39,066 nucleotides of DNA from a bacterium (lineage in GTDB: Bacteria > RBG-13-61-14 > DATKZS01): the NCBI GenBank assembly GCA_046484135.1, contig JAWOBU010000214.1:1-39066 (forward strand). Direction: 5' to 3'. Both the position numbers and the translations under genes were made by a program. This document shows, in pieces, positions 27,110 through 36,133 of this stretch; positions within the stretch are counted from its first letter, which is position 1, and each line of letters opens with the position of its first letter. The notes under the pieces are model-generated. The model saw nothing but the letters and a program-made list of their open reading frames with translations. It did no database searches and was not told where the DNA came from.

Positions 27110-28210
27110 TTGGCAAAAAGGGATTATTACGAGGTGCTGGGAGTATCCAGGAACGCCAGCACGGAGGAGATAAAAAAAGCGTATCGGCAAACGGCGCTTA
27201 AGTACCATCCTGACCGGAACCCGGACGATCCGGAAGCCGAGGATCTGTTCAAGGAATGCAGCGAGGCTTACGAGGTCCTTTGCGATCCGGATAAAAGGGC
27301 CAAGTACGACCGGTTCGGGCACGAAGCCCCCGGCGGGTTTGGCGTGTCCGACTTTGACATGGGGTCCATCAACCTGGAGGACCTGTTCGGCGGCTTGTTT
27401 TCCGACCTGTTCGGCGGAGGAGGCAGGGCCCGCCGCCGCAGGGGTGTGGACCTTCGATATGACCTCAAGGTCACCCTGAACGAAGCCTACCACGGCAGTG
27501 AAAAAGAGATATCCGTGCCCCGCAACGTAGCCTGCCGGAACTGTGACGGGACCGGCAGCAAGCCCGGCACCAGCCCGGCCCAGTGTCCGGCCTGCCAGGG
27601 ACGCGGCCAGGTGCGCTACCAGCAGGGATTCTTCAGCATCGCCCGGACCTGTCACCGGTGCGGGGGAGCGGGCAAAGTCATTGTCGAGCCGTGCCCGGAC
27701 TGCCGCGGAAGCGGGCTGGTGGAAGAGGAGAAGACCCTGACCGTCCGCATTCCGCCGGGGATTGATACCGGCCAGCGGCTCCGCATCCGGGGCGAAGGCG
27801 AGGTCGGAGAAAGCGGGGGAATGCCGGGCGACCTGCACGTGGTCATCTCCCTCGAGGAGCACCCTATCTTTATCAGGAGAGGAGACGACCTTTTAGTGGA
27901 GCTGCCCCTGTCCTTTCCCCAGGCGGCCCTGGGCGACGAGATCGAGGTCCCCACCATGGAAGGACCGGCCAAGCTGAAAATACCGCCTTCCACCCAGTCC
28001 AACAAGATATTCCGGCTCCGCGGAAAAGGAATGCCCTCCCTGGAAGGAAAAAGCAAAGGGGACCTGAACGTCAAGGTCTTCATCGAGGTCCCCCAGAAGC
28101 TTACCGAGGAGCAGGAAGAGCTCTTAAAGCGGTTCTCGGAAACATCAGGCGAAGACATCCATCCCCAGCGCAAATCCTTTTTCCAGAAGGTCCGGGAGGT
28201 CTTGAGCTGA
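27110..28210 (+). CDS. dnaJ: Chaperone DnaJ
   Basis: J domain with HPD, G/F region, four CxxCxGxG motifs; TTG start with GGAGG RBS. Confidence 0.97.
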   Translation: MAKRDYYEVLGVSRNASTEEIKKAYRQTALKYHPDRNPDDPEAEDLFKECSEAYEVLCDPDKRAKYDRFGHEAPGGFGVSDFDMGSINLEDLFGGLFSDLFGGGGRARRRRGVDLRYDLKVTLNEAYHGSEKEISVPRNVACRNCDGTGSKPGTSPAQCPACQGRGQVRYQQGFFSIARTCHRCGGAGKVIVEPCPDCRGSGLVEEEKTLTVRIPPGIDTGQRLRIRGEGEVGESGGMPGDLHVVISLEEHPIFIRRGDDLLVELPLSFPQAALGDEIEVPTMEGPAKLKIPPSTQSNKIFRLRGKGMPSLEGKSKGDLNVKVFIEVPQKLTEEQEELLKRFSETSGEDIHPQRKSFFQKVREVLS

Positions 28211-28220
28211 GCCCCCCTTT

Positions 28221-29564
28221 TTACCTTCTTCTTTTCCGGTGCCGGAAGCGGACCCGGACGGGCACGCCCGTAAAATCGAAGGTGTTCCTGACCTGGTTTA
28301 CCAGGTAGCGCTGGTAGGACTCGGGTATCTTGTCCGGGTGGTTGCAGAAGAACACGAACGCCGGAGGTCCGCTCCATATCTGGGTGCCATAAAATATCTT
28401 GATCTGTCGGCCTCCGGGGGAGGGCGGCGGAGTAGTGCGGGTCCACTCCTGCACGGCCCGGTTCAGCTCGCCGGTGGGTATCCGCTTCCAGAAGCGCTCC
28501 ATGACCTCTTGAATGGAGTCCGCAAGCTTTCCCACTCTCTTGCGCTCCAGGGCCGAGATGGTAAGAACCGGCGCGTACTCCGCGTGCGGAAGCCGAAGCC
28601 GGACCTCGGTCTCGAGCGCCTCGCGCTTCGCCTCCTTGTCCTCCACCAGGTCCCACTTGTTAAAGGCCAGGATTATGCCCCGGCCGCGCTCCGCGGCCAG
28701 ACCCGCCAGCTTGGCGTCCTGGTCCACTATCCCCTCCATAACGTCCATCAACAGCACCGCCAGGTGGCAGCGCTCCAGGTTCTTCAACGACCTCGAAACC
28801 GAGTACCTCTCCAGCCGCGTGTCTATCCTGCTTTTACGGCGCATCCCCGCGGTGTCTATAAAGATATAGCTCTTGCCGTTCAGAAGGACCCGCGTGTCAA
28901 TCGAGTCCCGGGTGGTTCCCGGCTCTTCGTGGACCAGAAGACGCGGCTCGTTTAAAAGGGTGTTGATAAGCGTGGACTTGCCCGAGTTGGGACGGCCGAT
29001 TACAGCCACCCGGGGCTCGGAGTCCTCCTCCGACACCTCGGCTTCCAAAACGCCCGGGACCTTCTCCGCCACCGCGTCCAACAAATCGTCCACACCGTAG
29101 CCGTGTGAAGCGGACACGCTGAAAACACGCTCGGCCCCCAGTTCGTAAAACTCGTATGCCTTGTCCTCGTGAGACGGGCCGTCAATCTTGTTCACCGCGT
29201 AAAATACCGGCTTGCCCTGCCGAAGAAGCCGCTCCGAGACCTCCCGGTCGGAAGGAAGAAGGCCTTCTTTTCCGTCCAGTAAAAAGACGATGGCGTCTGC
29301 CTCCGAAATGGCCAGCTCCGTCTGCGAGCGCATGGCCCGCAGGATGTCGTCATCCGTCTCCGGCTCGAAACCGCCGGTGTCTATTACCTCCCAGAGCTGT
29401 CCAGCCCATTCCATCCGGCCGTAGCTCCGGTCCCGAGTTACTCCGGGAACGTCGTCCACCAGAGACCGCCGCCCGGAAACCAGCCGGTTGAACAAGGTGG
29501 ACTTGCCCACGTTCGGCCTTCCCACGATCGCAACCAGCGGAACATGTTTACTCTTCTTTGCCAT
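28221..29564 (-). CDS. der: Ribosome biogenesis GTPase Der (EngA)
   Basis: Two GTPase domains (GRPNVGKST, GRPNSGKST; DTGG/DTAG; NKID/NKWD) plus a KH-like C-terminus. Confidence 0.97.
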   Translation of the reverse strand: MAKKSKHVPLVAIVGRPNVGKSTLFNRLVSGRRSLVDDVPGVTRDRSYGRMEWAGQLWEVIDTGGFEPETDDDILRAMRSQTELAISEADAIVFLLDGKEGLLPSDREVSERLLRQGKPVFYAVNKIDGPSHEDKAYEFYELGAERVFSVSASHGYGVDDLLDAVAEKVPGVLEAEVSEEDSEPRVAVIGRPNSGKSTLINTLLNEPRLLVHEEPGTTRDSIDTRVLLNGKSYIFIDTAGMRRKSRIDTRLERYSVSRSLKNLERCHLAVLLMDVMEGIVDQDAKLAGLAAERGRGIILAFNKWDLVEDKEAKREALETEVRLRLPHAEYAPVLTISALERKRVGKLADSIQEVMERFWKRIPTGELNRAVQEWTRTTPPPSPGGRQIKIFYGTQIWSGPPAFVFFCNHPDKIPESYQRYLVNQVRNTFDFTGVPVRVRFRHRKRRR

Positions 29565-29658
29565 GTCCTGTTATTATAAGTCCATAAACCAGGGCGCGAA
29601 ACCGGGACTGGAAAAGAAAAGTGTTTCAGTTTAACGTACTCGCTCATAAGGACATGCC

Positions 29659-31941
29659 ATGAAAAAATACCTGCCACTTCTCTTGATACCCGTCCTTGTT
29701 CTCGCCGGACTCTACATCTCCGGCAAACAAAACCAAAAAACATCCGTCCAAAAAGAAACCGAGACCAACTCGATTGTCCGCTCCCGCCCCGGCCGGGCCC
29801 GGCTCGCGCGTATCACCGCAAGCTCCTTTCGGCTTGCCAGGATAGAAGAGATTCCCCGCGCCAAAGAGTTCAGCGACATCTTCATGGACAAGAAAAACAA
29901 CTGGCCGCGGCGGAGGCCGCTTTATGCTGCTGACCAGAGCCCGCTCACTTACTGGGCCACTGCCGGCAACCGGGACGAATACATCCAGTACGACTTTAAA
30001 AACCGGCTGGCGGACGATGTCCGGATCGCCGCCGTACGCCTCCGGTGGGGCCGGCACCCTGCTTCCGGCTTCGAGCTGCGCGTCTCGAAAAACGGCAAAC
30101 ACTGGAAGGCGCTCGCTATCGAAGACAGCGCTTCTCCCGAGGTCTGGACATTATCGCTCAACGAACCAATTGAAACGCGATATGTTCGACTTGTTTGCAA
30201 AAGCAGTGAAACCGGGAAGGGCTTCTCGGTAAGAAGCTTCGAGGTCTACGGCGCCGAGGTCAAGCCGGGGCCGCCGAAAAGATTGAGCGCAAAAAAGGCG
30301 GGCAAAAAAAGGGTCCGGCTTAAATGGAGCCCGCCTGCCGGAGAGACGGCCTATCGCTACTGCGTCTTCCGCGGAAAGGATGAAGGTTTCAAGCCGGCCC
30401 GCTCGAACCGGATCGCCTGTACCGACCATGAAGAGTACACCGACCTGGCGCCAAAAGGAGGCACTTATAACTACCTGCTCTGTTCGGAAAGCTTCGGCGG
30501 AAGCTCGGCCTGCATCCGGTCCGCGCCGGTTTCCTTGTCCGGTCCGCCGGAGTCCCCTTTCCGCTACCGGGGGGTGGTGGAAGGCTTTTACAACGATCCC
30601 TGGCCTCATCAAGAGCGGCTCAAAATGATATCTTTCATGGCACGCTGCGGCATGAACTACTACCTGTACGCGCCCAAGCACGACCACTATCACCGGCAGT
30701 TATGGAGGAAGCCTTATCCGGAAAAAGAGCTCGACAACTTTCGGGAACTGCTCCATGCCTGCCATGCCCATGCCATATCCTTCAACTTCGGCATCAGCCC
30801 CGGACTCGATTATGATTACGCGAACGGCTTTGACTTCGAGAAGTTGAAAGACAAGCTGGACTCGCTCTTCGAGCTCGGTGTGCGGTCTTTTACCCTTTGC
30901 ATGGACGACATCACCGGCTGGAAAGAGGCGGACGCGAACATGGCCAGGAACCAGGTCAAGCTCGCAAACCGGCTCCATAACCGGCTCCGGAGCAAGGACC
31001 CGGACTCGCAACTTTTCTTCGTGCCCACCGTCTACATGCGAACTTACGATCACTGGCAAAAAAACAAGCCCGCTTATGCGGCGTACCTGCGGGCGATCAA
31101 GGGTCTTCATCCCGACATCGAGGTCATGTGGACCGGCCCGGGCATGATCTTCTCGGAAAAGATATCTGCAGAGTCCGCCCGGAGCATGGAAAAGGTATGG
31201 GAAAGAAAGCCGGTGATCTGGGACAACGTGCCGGTAAACGACGTGACCCTTCGCCGGTACGTCATCATGGCGCCTTACAAAGGCCGCGACCACGATTTGT
31301 ACAAGTCAGCGAAAGGAGCTCTTTTAAACCCCATGTACCTGCCCAACGCGAGCATGGTGACCCTCTACACCGCGGGCCGGTACTTGCAAGCGCCGCAAAG
31401 CTACGATCCCGCCGAGGCGTATGAGGAGGCGCTCCAGGAGATCGCCGGAGAGGACCGCGACTCTTTCCGCGCCCTTTGCGACGCGCTTTCCTGTCATCCG
31501 CTCTTTCCCGGACAGGGAGTGGCCGAGCTGCCTCTCACCAAAAAGCTCGACGCTTTCCGGAAGGCCCGAAAAACCGGTCATGGTGCGGTCGAGGCCCAAA
31601 AAGAGTTGCGCGAGTTGTTTGCAAGCTATGTCAAGGTGCCAAAAGAGCTGGAAGTCGAGCTCGACAACTTCGAGCTGCAAAAAGAGCTGGAAGGACCCGC
31701 CCGAAAGCTCGCCCTCTACGGCAAGGCCGGCTTGCTTGCGCTCGATTACCTTGATTCCGGCGACAAAGAAACGAAAAAGGACCTGGCCCGGAAAATCCGG
31801 GAGCTTCGGACAAAAGCGCGAGAGATTCCCTGGAAGGTGGCTGACAACACGCTGGAGGGACTCTACACTCCGCCCGGCAGCAAAGAAGGCAGGCACGAGA
31901 ACGTAATGGAAGAGTTCCTGGGAAAGACGCTTTCGCGCTGA
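29659..31941 (+). CDS. Exported GH84 beta-N-acetylglucosaminidase/hyaluronidase-like enzyme with an N-terminal discoidin (F5/8 type C) domain and an FN3-like domain
   Basis: Signal/anchor; RYVRL discoidin motif; GVVEGFY..PW, YLYAPKHD, catalytic DD (CMDDI), MWTG, WDNVPVND, LLNPM. Confidence 0.85.
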   Translation: MKKYLPLLLIPVLVLAGLYISGKQNQKTSVQKETETNSIVRSRPGRARLARITASSFRLARIEEIPRAKEFSDIFMDKKNNWPRRRPLYAADQSPLTYWATAGNRDEYIQYDFKNRLADDVRIAAVRLRWGRHPASGFELRVSKNGKHWKALAIEDSASPEVWTLSLNEPIETRYVRLVCKSSETGKGFSVRSFEVYGAEVKPGPPKRLSAKKAGKKRVRLKWSPPAGETAYRYCVFRGKDEGFKPARSNRIACTDHEEYTDLAPKGGTYNYLLCSESFGGSSACIRSAPVSLSGPPESPFRYRGVVEGFYNDPWPHQERLKMISFMARCGMNYYLYAPKHDHYHRQLWRKPYPEKELDNFRELLHACHAHAISFNFGISPGLDYDYANGFDFEKLKDKLDSLFELGVRSFTLCMDDITGWKEADANMARNQVKLANRLHNRLRSKDPDSQLFFVPTVYMRTYDHWQKNKPAYAAYLRAIKGLHPDIEVMWTGPGMIFSEKISAESARSMEKVWERKPVIWDNVPVNDVTLRRYVIMAPYKGRDHDLYKSAKGALLNPMYLPNASMVTLYTAGRYLQAPQSYDPAEAYEEALQEIAGEDRDSFRALCDALSCHPLFPGQGVAELPLTKKLDAFRKARKTGHGAVEAQKELRELFASYVKVPKELEVELDNFELQKELEGPARKLALYGKAGLLALDYLDSGDKETKKDLARKIRELRTKAREIPWKVADNTLEGLYTPPGSKEGRHENVMEEFLGKTLSR

Positions 31942-31998
31942 ACCTCGATTTTGCTCGCGGCCGGGTTATACATAGCTTTAAAAGAAGTGGGCTTTTAA

Positions 31999-32020
31999 TC
32001 GCGACTGAGGTCGCTCGCAC
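31999..32020 (-). repeat. REP-like palindrome
   Basis: Reverse complement GTGCGAGCGACCTCAGTCGCGA. Confidence 0.75.
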
Positions 32021-32048
32021 GAAGGACAGCAGGAGTTTTATAAATAAT

Positions 32049-32208
32049 GAGCCTCTTGCAAAATTCTTGTTTCAAATAGCGGGAGCGAGATTCCCGTAGT
32101 GGGAGCGAGCTCCCTGTCTGCGTGCGGGCACGCACAGGCAGGCAGCTCGCGAGAATCGAGACCTGGAGGTCTCTCCCACAAAATGTTCGATCTTTTTGCA
32201 AGAGGCTC
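32049..32208. mobile_element. 160-bp MITE carrying an inverted REP doublet
   Basis: Perfect 15-bp TIRs GAGCCTCTTGCAAAA (32049-32063) / TTTTGCAAGAGGCTC (32194-32208), flanked by TAAT direct repeats (32045-32048, 32209-32212). Confidence 0.8.
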
Positions 32209-32220
32209 TAATGTCCTTTC

Positions 32221-32706
32221 TTATCCTTGCTCTTTTTCTTCCGGGGAGGGCTTTACCACCAGTACGCTGCACCGGGCCCTGCGCATGACCCGCTCGGCAA
32301 CGCTTCCCACTAAAAAGTGGCTGATGCCGGTCCGGCCCTGGCTGCCCATGACGATCATGTCCGCGGCTTCCTCTTCGGCAGCAGCCAGTATCTCGGCGAA
32401 AGGAACGCCGTTTTTTATCTTTGCCTCCACCTCGAGGCCCTTGTCCCGGCACCGGGCGGCCAGGTCTTCTATCTTCTTTTCTACAGTGGACTCCAATTGC
32501 CTGGTTACGTCCTGCTCCACGCTGGGAGAGATCACCGGCTCCAGCCAGGTGCTGGCCTCGGTGAAATGGGGAACGTGAAGAACGTAGAGTATGGTAAGAG
32601 CGGCGTCGAACTTGCGGGCAAGGAACCCGGCGTAGTCGAGCACCTTGTCGGTCATGTCCGAGAAATCCACGGGAACCAGGATACGTTTTATGCCGGGCTC
32701 TGTCAT
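32221..32706 (-). CDS. Universal stress protein (UspA family)
   Basis: ILVPVDFS, LYV, G.P..EI, MIVMGSQG, GSVAERV, SVLVVK. Confidence 0.92.
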   Translation of the reverse strand: MTEPGIKRILVPVDFSDMTDKVLDYAGFLARKFDAALTILYVLHVPHFTEASTWLEPVISPSVEQDVTRQLESTVEKKIEDLAARCRDKGLEVEAKIKNGVPFAEILAAAEEEAADMIVMGSQGRTGISHFLVGSVAERVMRRARCSVLVVKPSPEEKEQG

Positions 32707-32861
32707 GTCGAGGTCCTTTCTTCAAAGAAAAATTGAACTTAATCCGGAAAACCCGATCAATCAAAACTTAACACATCCGCGCCGGCTCCGGCAAGTGTAA
32801 AAAACCATATTATTGCCTGCCACCCCATGATCATTCGGTCATCATCAGTTCGCCTTTTCCG

Positions 32862-33291
32862 GTGAAGTTCCCCCAATTTTAATTGGCGCTTCCGGTTTAA
32901 TGGTACCTACGATGAAAACAGGCTCTTTGATGCAAAAAACCTTTTGTTCATCAGATGGTTATGGGACGTCGCGAAGATGCGTTTATCGCCTTCGGGCTTC
33001 CAGCGGGGAAAGGGAAAAGGCCGGAACAGGTCCGGCCCTCCCCGCTGTATAGCCACCGGCCAGGCGTTCGGGTCGCACGCCTGCGTTGCCCTATCCTCCA
33101 GGCTGGCACTAATACCATAGCCGCTGAGCATGAGGGAGTCAAGCTCCCCGCTGGCAGCCAACAAAGCGATAAACGCATGATTTTGTTCAGGTACCAATAA
33201 ACCGGATGAACCTTTTAATTCCCTGATTCTGGATTTCCTTTTCATATTGCCGGGATATGTTTTCCCCCAAGTGAAAATGGGGGAACTTCAC
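32862..33291. mobile_element. ~430-bp fold-back element with long imperfect inverted arms (MITE-like, unclassified)
   Basis: Inverted pairs GTGAAGTTCCCCCA (14/14; 23/27 extended), TCCGGTTTAATGGTACCT (17/18), ATGCGTTTATCGC (13/13), GCTTCCAGCGGGGA (13/14). Confidence 0.6.
33010..33107 (-). ncRNA. Candidate ~95-nt small RNA inside the fold-back element
   Basis: Minus-strand TTGACT(33142-33137)-17 bp-TATGGT(33119-33114) promoter; internal hairpin CAGGCGT/ACGCCTG; terminator-like GGCCGGA-N5-TCCGGCC-TTTTCCCTTT. Confidence 0.35.
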
Positions 33292-33404
33292 ACCAATTTC
33301 TTCCAAGAGCTTGCTTTCTTGCAAATAAAAGGCAAAAGAAGATAAACTCACACACAGAGGCGTGTACTCGTCGCCTGCCAAGCCTGTTTCAAGGGAGGTA
33401 AAAA

Positions 33405-34739
33405 ATGCACCGGAAAGCAAGGAACGTCTATCTCGCATTACTGGCAATGGTTCTACTCTTTTTTTCAGTACCCGCATTGGCCGGAGAGTTTAGTGCGGGC
33501 GCCTCCAAGGCGGACATAACCCCTGACCTTACCAGGTGGGACGTGCCGTCCTCCGGCTACGGACAGCGCGGGCCGGAGCCCATGAAAGGCGTTCACGACC
33601 ACGTGTTCTGCAAGGCGCTGGTGGCCGCGGACGCAGAGAACAAGGCCGCCATAGTAACCTGCGACGTGATCGGCATCTCGAGCGACCTTCGTAACAAGGT
33701 GCTGGAACAGGTGCAGGACCTGGGCATTACCGACCGGGACCTCATGATGACCGCCACCCATACCCACTCCGGGCCGGGCGCCATGCGCAAGAATTTTATC
33801 GCGGGCCTTGTCTTCGGCAGGTACAACGAAGAGCTCACCCAGTGGATTGCGGACCGGGTGGCGGCCGCCATAGAAGAAGCGGACCGCGCCCGCGAACCCG
33901 CGGTGCTCAAAGCCGGCCGCACCAGGCTGGAAGGCGTAACCCGGAACCGGCGCGATCCCGCGGGATCATACAACTACGACACCCGCCGCTTCAGCAAGGC
34001 CTATGATCCGGAAAACCCGGAAAATCTAACCGACCCCGAACTCACGGTCCTTAGAGTGGACTCGAAAAGCGGCAAGACCATGGCGGTGCTTTTTAACTTC
34101 GCCACTCATTCCACTGTGCTCGGCTCCGACAACATGCAGATTTCCGCGGACTGGCCCGGCGTGGCCCAGCGGGAAGTAGAAAAAGCCATACCCGGAGCGG
34201 CGGCCCTTTTCGTGAACGGGGCCATCGGAGACCAGGCGCCGGCCATGGATAAAAATAGCGAAAAGACCGACCTCGAGTACATGCAATACATAGGAGGAAA
34301 GGTAGCAAGCGGCGTGCTCGAGGTCATGGAAGATACCGAGCCGGTGCCGGCCACTCCGGTCCGCGCTGAGATGGTCCGCCGCGAGATTCCGCCCGGCGAC
34401 TCGCTCATGGGATACCCCGCCCCCAAGTCGCTCATCAAGTATTACTTCCCCGAGATGCCGCTCCAGGCGGTCCGGCTCGGGAACGTGGTGCTCATGGGAG
34501 CGCCGGTGGAGATGGAGTCGGAGATGGGCCTCATCATGAAGGACTCGGCCCGCGGGCAGGGAGTTACCTATCCCGTAGTAGCGGGTCTCGCGAATGACAC
34601 CATGCTCTACTGCATGACCGCGGACGAGTTCGCCGAGGGCGGCTACGAAGTGGGCAACACCATCTTCGGCAAGATCGAGGCCGGTCTTATCCTGGGAGAA
34701 CAGATGTTGCTGGTGAACAAGGTCATGGGCACGCATTGA
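33405..34739 (+). CDS. Exported neutral/alkaline ceramidase-family amidohydrolase
   Basis: Signal peptide; AGASKADITP, GVHD, ATHTHSGP, NRR, NFATH, ISADWPG, NGAIGD, GGYE. Confidence 0.8.
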   Translation: MHRKARNVYLALLAMVLLFFSVPALAGEFSAGASKADITPDLTRWDVPSSGYGQRGPEPMKGVHDHVFCKALVAADAENKAAIVTCDVIGISSDLRNKVLEQVQDLGITDRDLMMTATHTHSGPGAMRKNFIAGLVFGRYNEELTQWIADRVAAAIEEADRAREPAVLKAGRTRLEGVTRNRRDPAGSYNYDTRRFSKAYDPENPENLTDPELTVLRVDSKSGKTMAVLFNFATHSTVLGSDNMQISADWPGVAQREVEKAIPGAAALFVNGAIGDQAPAMDKNSEKTDLEYMQYIGGKVASGVLEVMEDTEPVPATPVRAEMVRREIPPGDSLMGYPAPKSLIKYYFPEMPLQAVRLGNVVLMGAPVEMESEMGLIMKDSARGQGVTYPVVAGLANDTMLYCMTADEFAEGGYEVGNTIFGKIEAGLILGEQMLLVNKVMGTH

Positions 34740-35929
34740 TTCAGGCCAGGCAAAAGATTAAGGATGCGGTGGCCGAGCTTCTGCCCGAGCTTATAAAACT
34801 GCAGAAGACCATCCACGACAACCCGGAGCTTTCGCTCGAGGAGCATAAAGCCGCCGAGTTGCTTGCCGGGTTCCTCGAAAGAGAGGGCTTTCGCGTCCAA
34901 AAAGGTCTTGCGGATATTGAGACCTCGTTCCGGGCCGAGCGGGGAGATGCATCCCGAAGACCCAGGATCGCTTTCCTCGCCGAGTACGACGCCCTGCCGG
35001 GACTCGGGCACGCCTGCGGCCACAGCATTATAGCGGCTGCATCCGCGGGGGCTGCCGCGGCTTTGGCCCGTTGTTTTCCTGATGCTCCGGTGTCGGTTGT
35101 GGGGACGCCTGCGGAGGAGATCGGCTGGGGCAAGATTCCGCTTTTGCAAGCGGGAGCGTTCGACGGCATAGACTTGGGCCTGATGGTGCATCCTTCCAGC
35201 CGGCGCCAGGTGATCAAACTCTTTCTAGGTGTGGTCCAGCGGACGGTAACCTTCCACGGCAAGGCCGCGCACGCTGCCGCCTATCCGGAGGAAGGCATCA
35301 ACGCCCTGGACGGAGTGGTCCTTTTCTATAATGCGGTGGCGTCCCTCCGGCAGCAGCTTCCCGACCAGTGCCGGGTTCACATGATCATCACCGACGGGGG
35401 CAAGGCCCCCAACATAATCCCGGCCGAGGCCCGGGCGCTCTGTGTAGTGCGTGCGCTCGATCTTCCGGTATTGGGGGATGCACTTAAAAAGGTGGAGGAC
35501 TGCGCCAGGGGCGCGGCGCATGCATCCGGCGCAAGCGTGGAGATCGAGCCCGCCCGGCACCTGGTCATGCCCTTGCGGGTCAACCGGACGCTTTCCGGCC
35601 TTTATCGTGAGGAGCTCAAAGAGCTGGGTCTTGTCGAGTACGAAGGACCGGAGGACAAGGGGATAGGCTCGTCCGACATAGGCAACCTTTCCCAGGCCAT
35701 GCCGGTGATCCATCCGCACGTGCCTATCGGCGAGCCGGGTTCGGTAAGCATCCACACCCGGGAGTTCGAGGAGGCCGCAGGAGGACCGGCCGGAGAAAAC
35801 GCCGTACAGGAGGGAGCGGCCTTGCTGGCCCTGACCGCCTGCCGGGTGCTGAAAGAGCCGGAGTCCTGGAGCAGGATCAAAAAGGAGTTCGAGGACTCCG
35901 ACACCCCCGTCCCCGAAGACATGACGTAA
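34736..35929 (+). CDS. M20-family amidohydrolase/peptidase
   Basis: HDNPELS, AEYDALPGLGHACGH, GTPAEE, GKAAHAA, GSSDIGNLS; TTG start overlaps the upstream TGA. Confidence 0.9.
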   Translation: MIQARQKIKDAVAELLPELIKLQKTIHDNPELSLEEHKAAELLAGFLEREGFRVQKGLADIETSFRAERGDASRRPRIAFLAEYDALPGLGHACGHSIIAAASAGAAAALARCFPDAPVSVVGTPAEEIGWGKIPLLQAGAFDGIDLGLMVHPSSRRQVIKLFLGVVQRTVTFHGKAAHAAAYPEEGINALDGVVLFYNAVASLRQQLPDQCRVHMIITDGGKAPNIIPAEARALCVVRALDLPVLGDALKKVEDCARGAAHASGASVEIEPARHLVMPLRVNRTLSGLYREELKELGLVEYEGPEDKGIGSSDIGNLSQAMPVIHPHVPIGEPGSVSIHTREFEEAAGGPAGENAVQEGAALLALTACRVLKEPESWSRIKKEFEDSDTPVPEDMT

Positions 35930-36000
35930 AACGCCCTCCTCTCTCCAAACCGGGTGTGACCCGGGATATGGGATTTCGCCCCCGGGCGCTTCAATACTGC

Positions 36001-36038
36001 GTGCGAGCGGCTTCAGTCGCGAGTAAACTCGTTCGCAC
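36001..36038. repeat. Fused inverted REP doublet
   Basis: GTGCGAGCGGCTTCAGTCGCGA (36001-36022) overlaps, through a shared TCGCGA, the inverted copy TCGCGAGTAAACTCGTTCGCAC (36017-36038). Confidence 0.75.
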
Positions 36039-36133
36039 AAAAAACTGATTTTTGTAACCGACAAAAACAATGGTGAGAAAAAAACAGCTCTCCGCCATCA
36101 CCGCGACCAATGGCAGGCCCGTCAGTCAAGGCG

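Noticed and set aside
32996..33206. Similarity of CCAGCGGGGA, TCCCCGC and ATAAACCG to the type I-E CRISPR repeat
   Set aside because: The pieces are inverted and scattered, not a regularly spaced direct-repeat array, and there are no cas genes.
33156..33212. attC-like left-arm motifs (GCCAACAAAGCGATAAAC, CCAATAAACCGGATGAAC)
   Set aside because: No matching GTTRRRY core at attC distance, and no cassette ORFs or integrase.
32941..33216. Separate 266-bp inner element bounded by GTTCATC/GATGAAC with a CTTTT target duplication
   Set aside because: Arm homology continues collinearly beyond these points, so a low-complexity 5-bp match is more likely chance. Not fully excluded.
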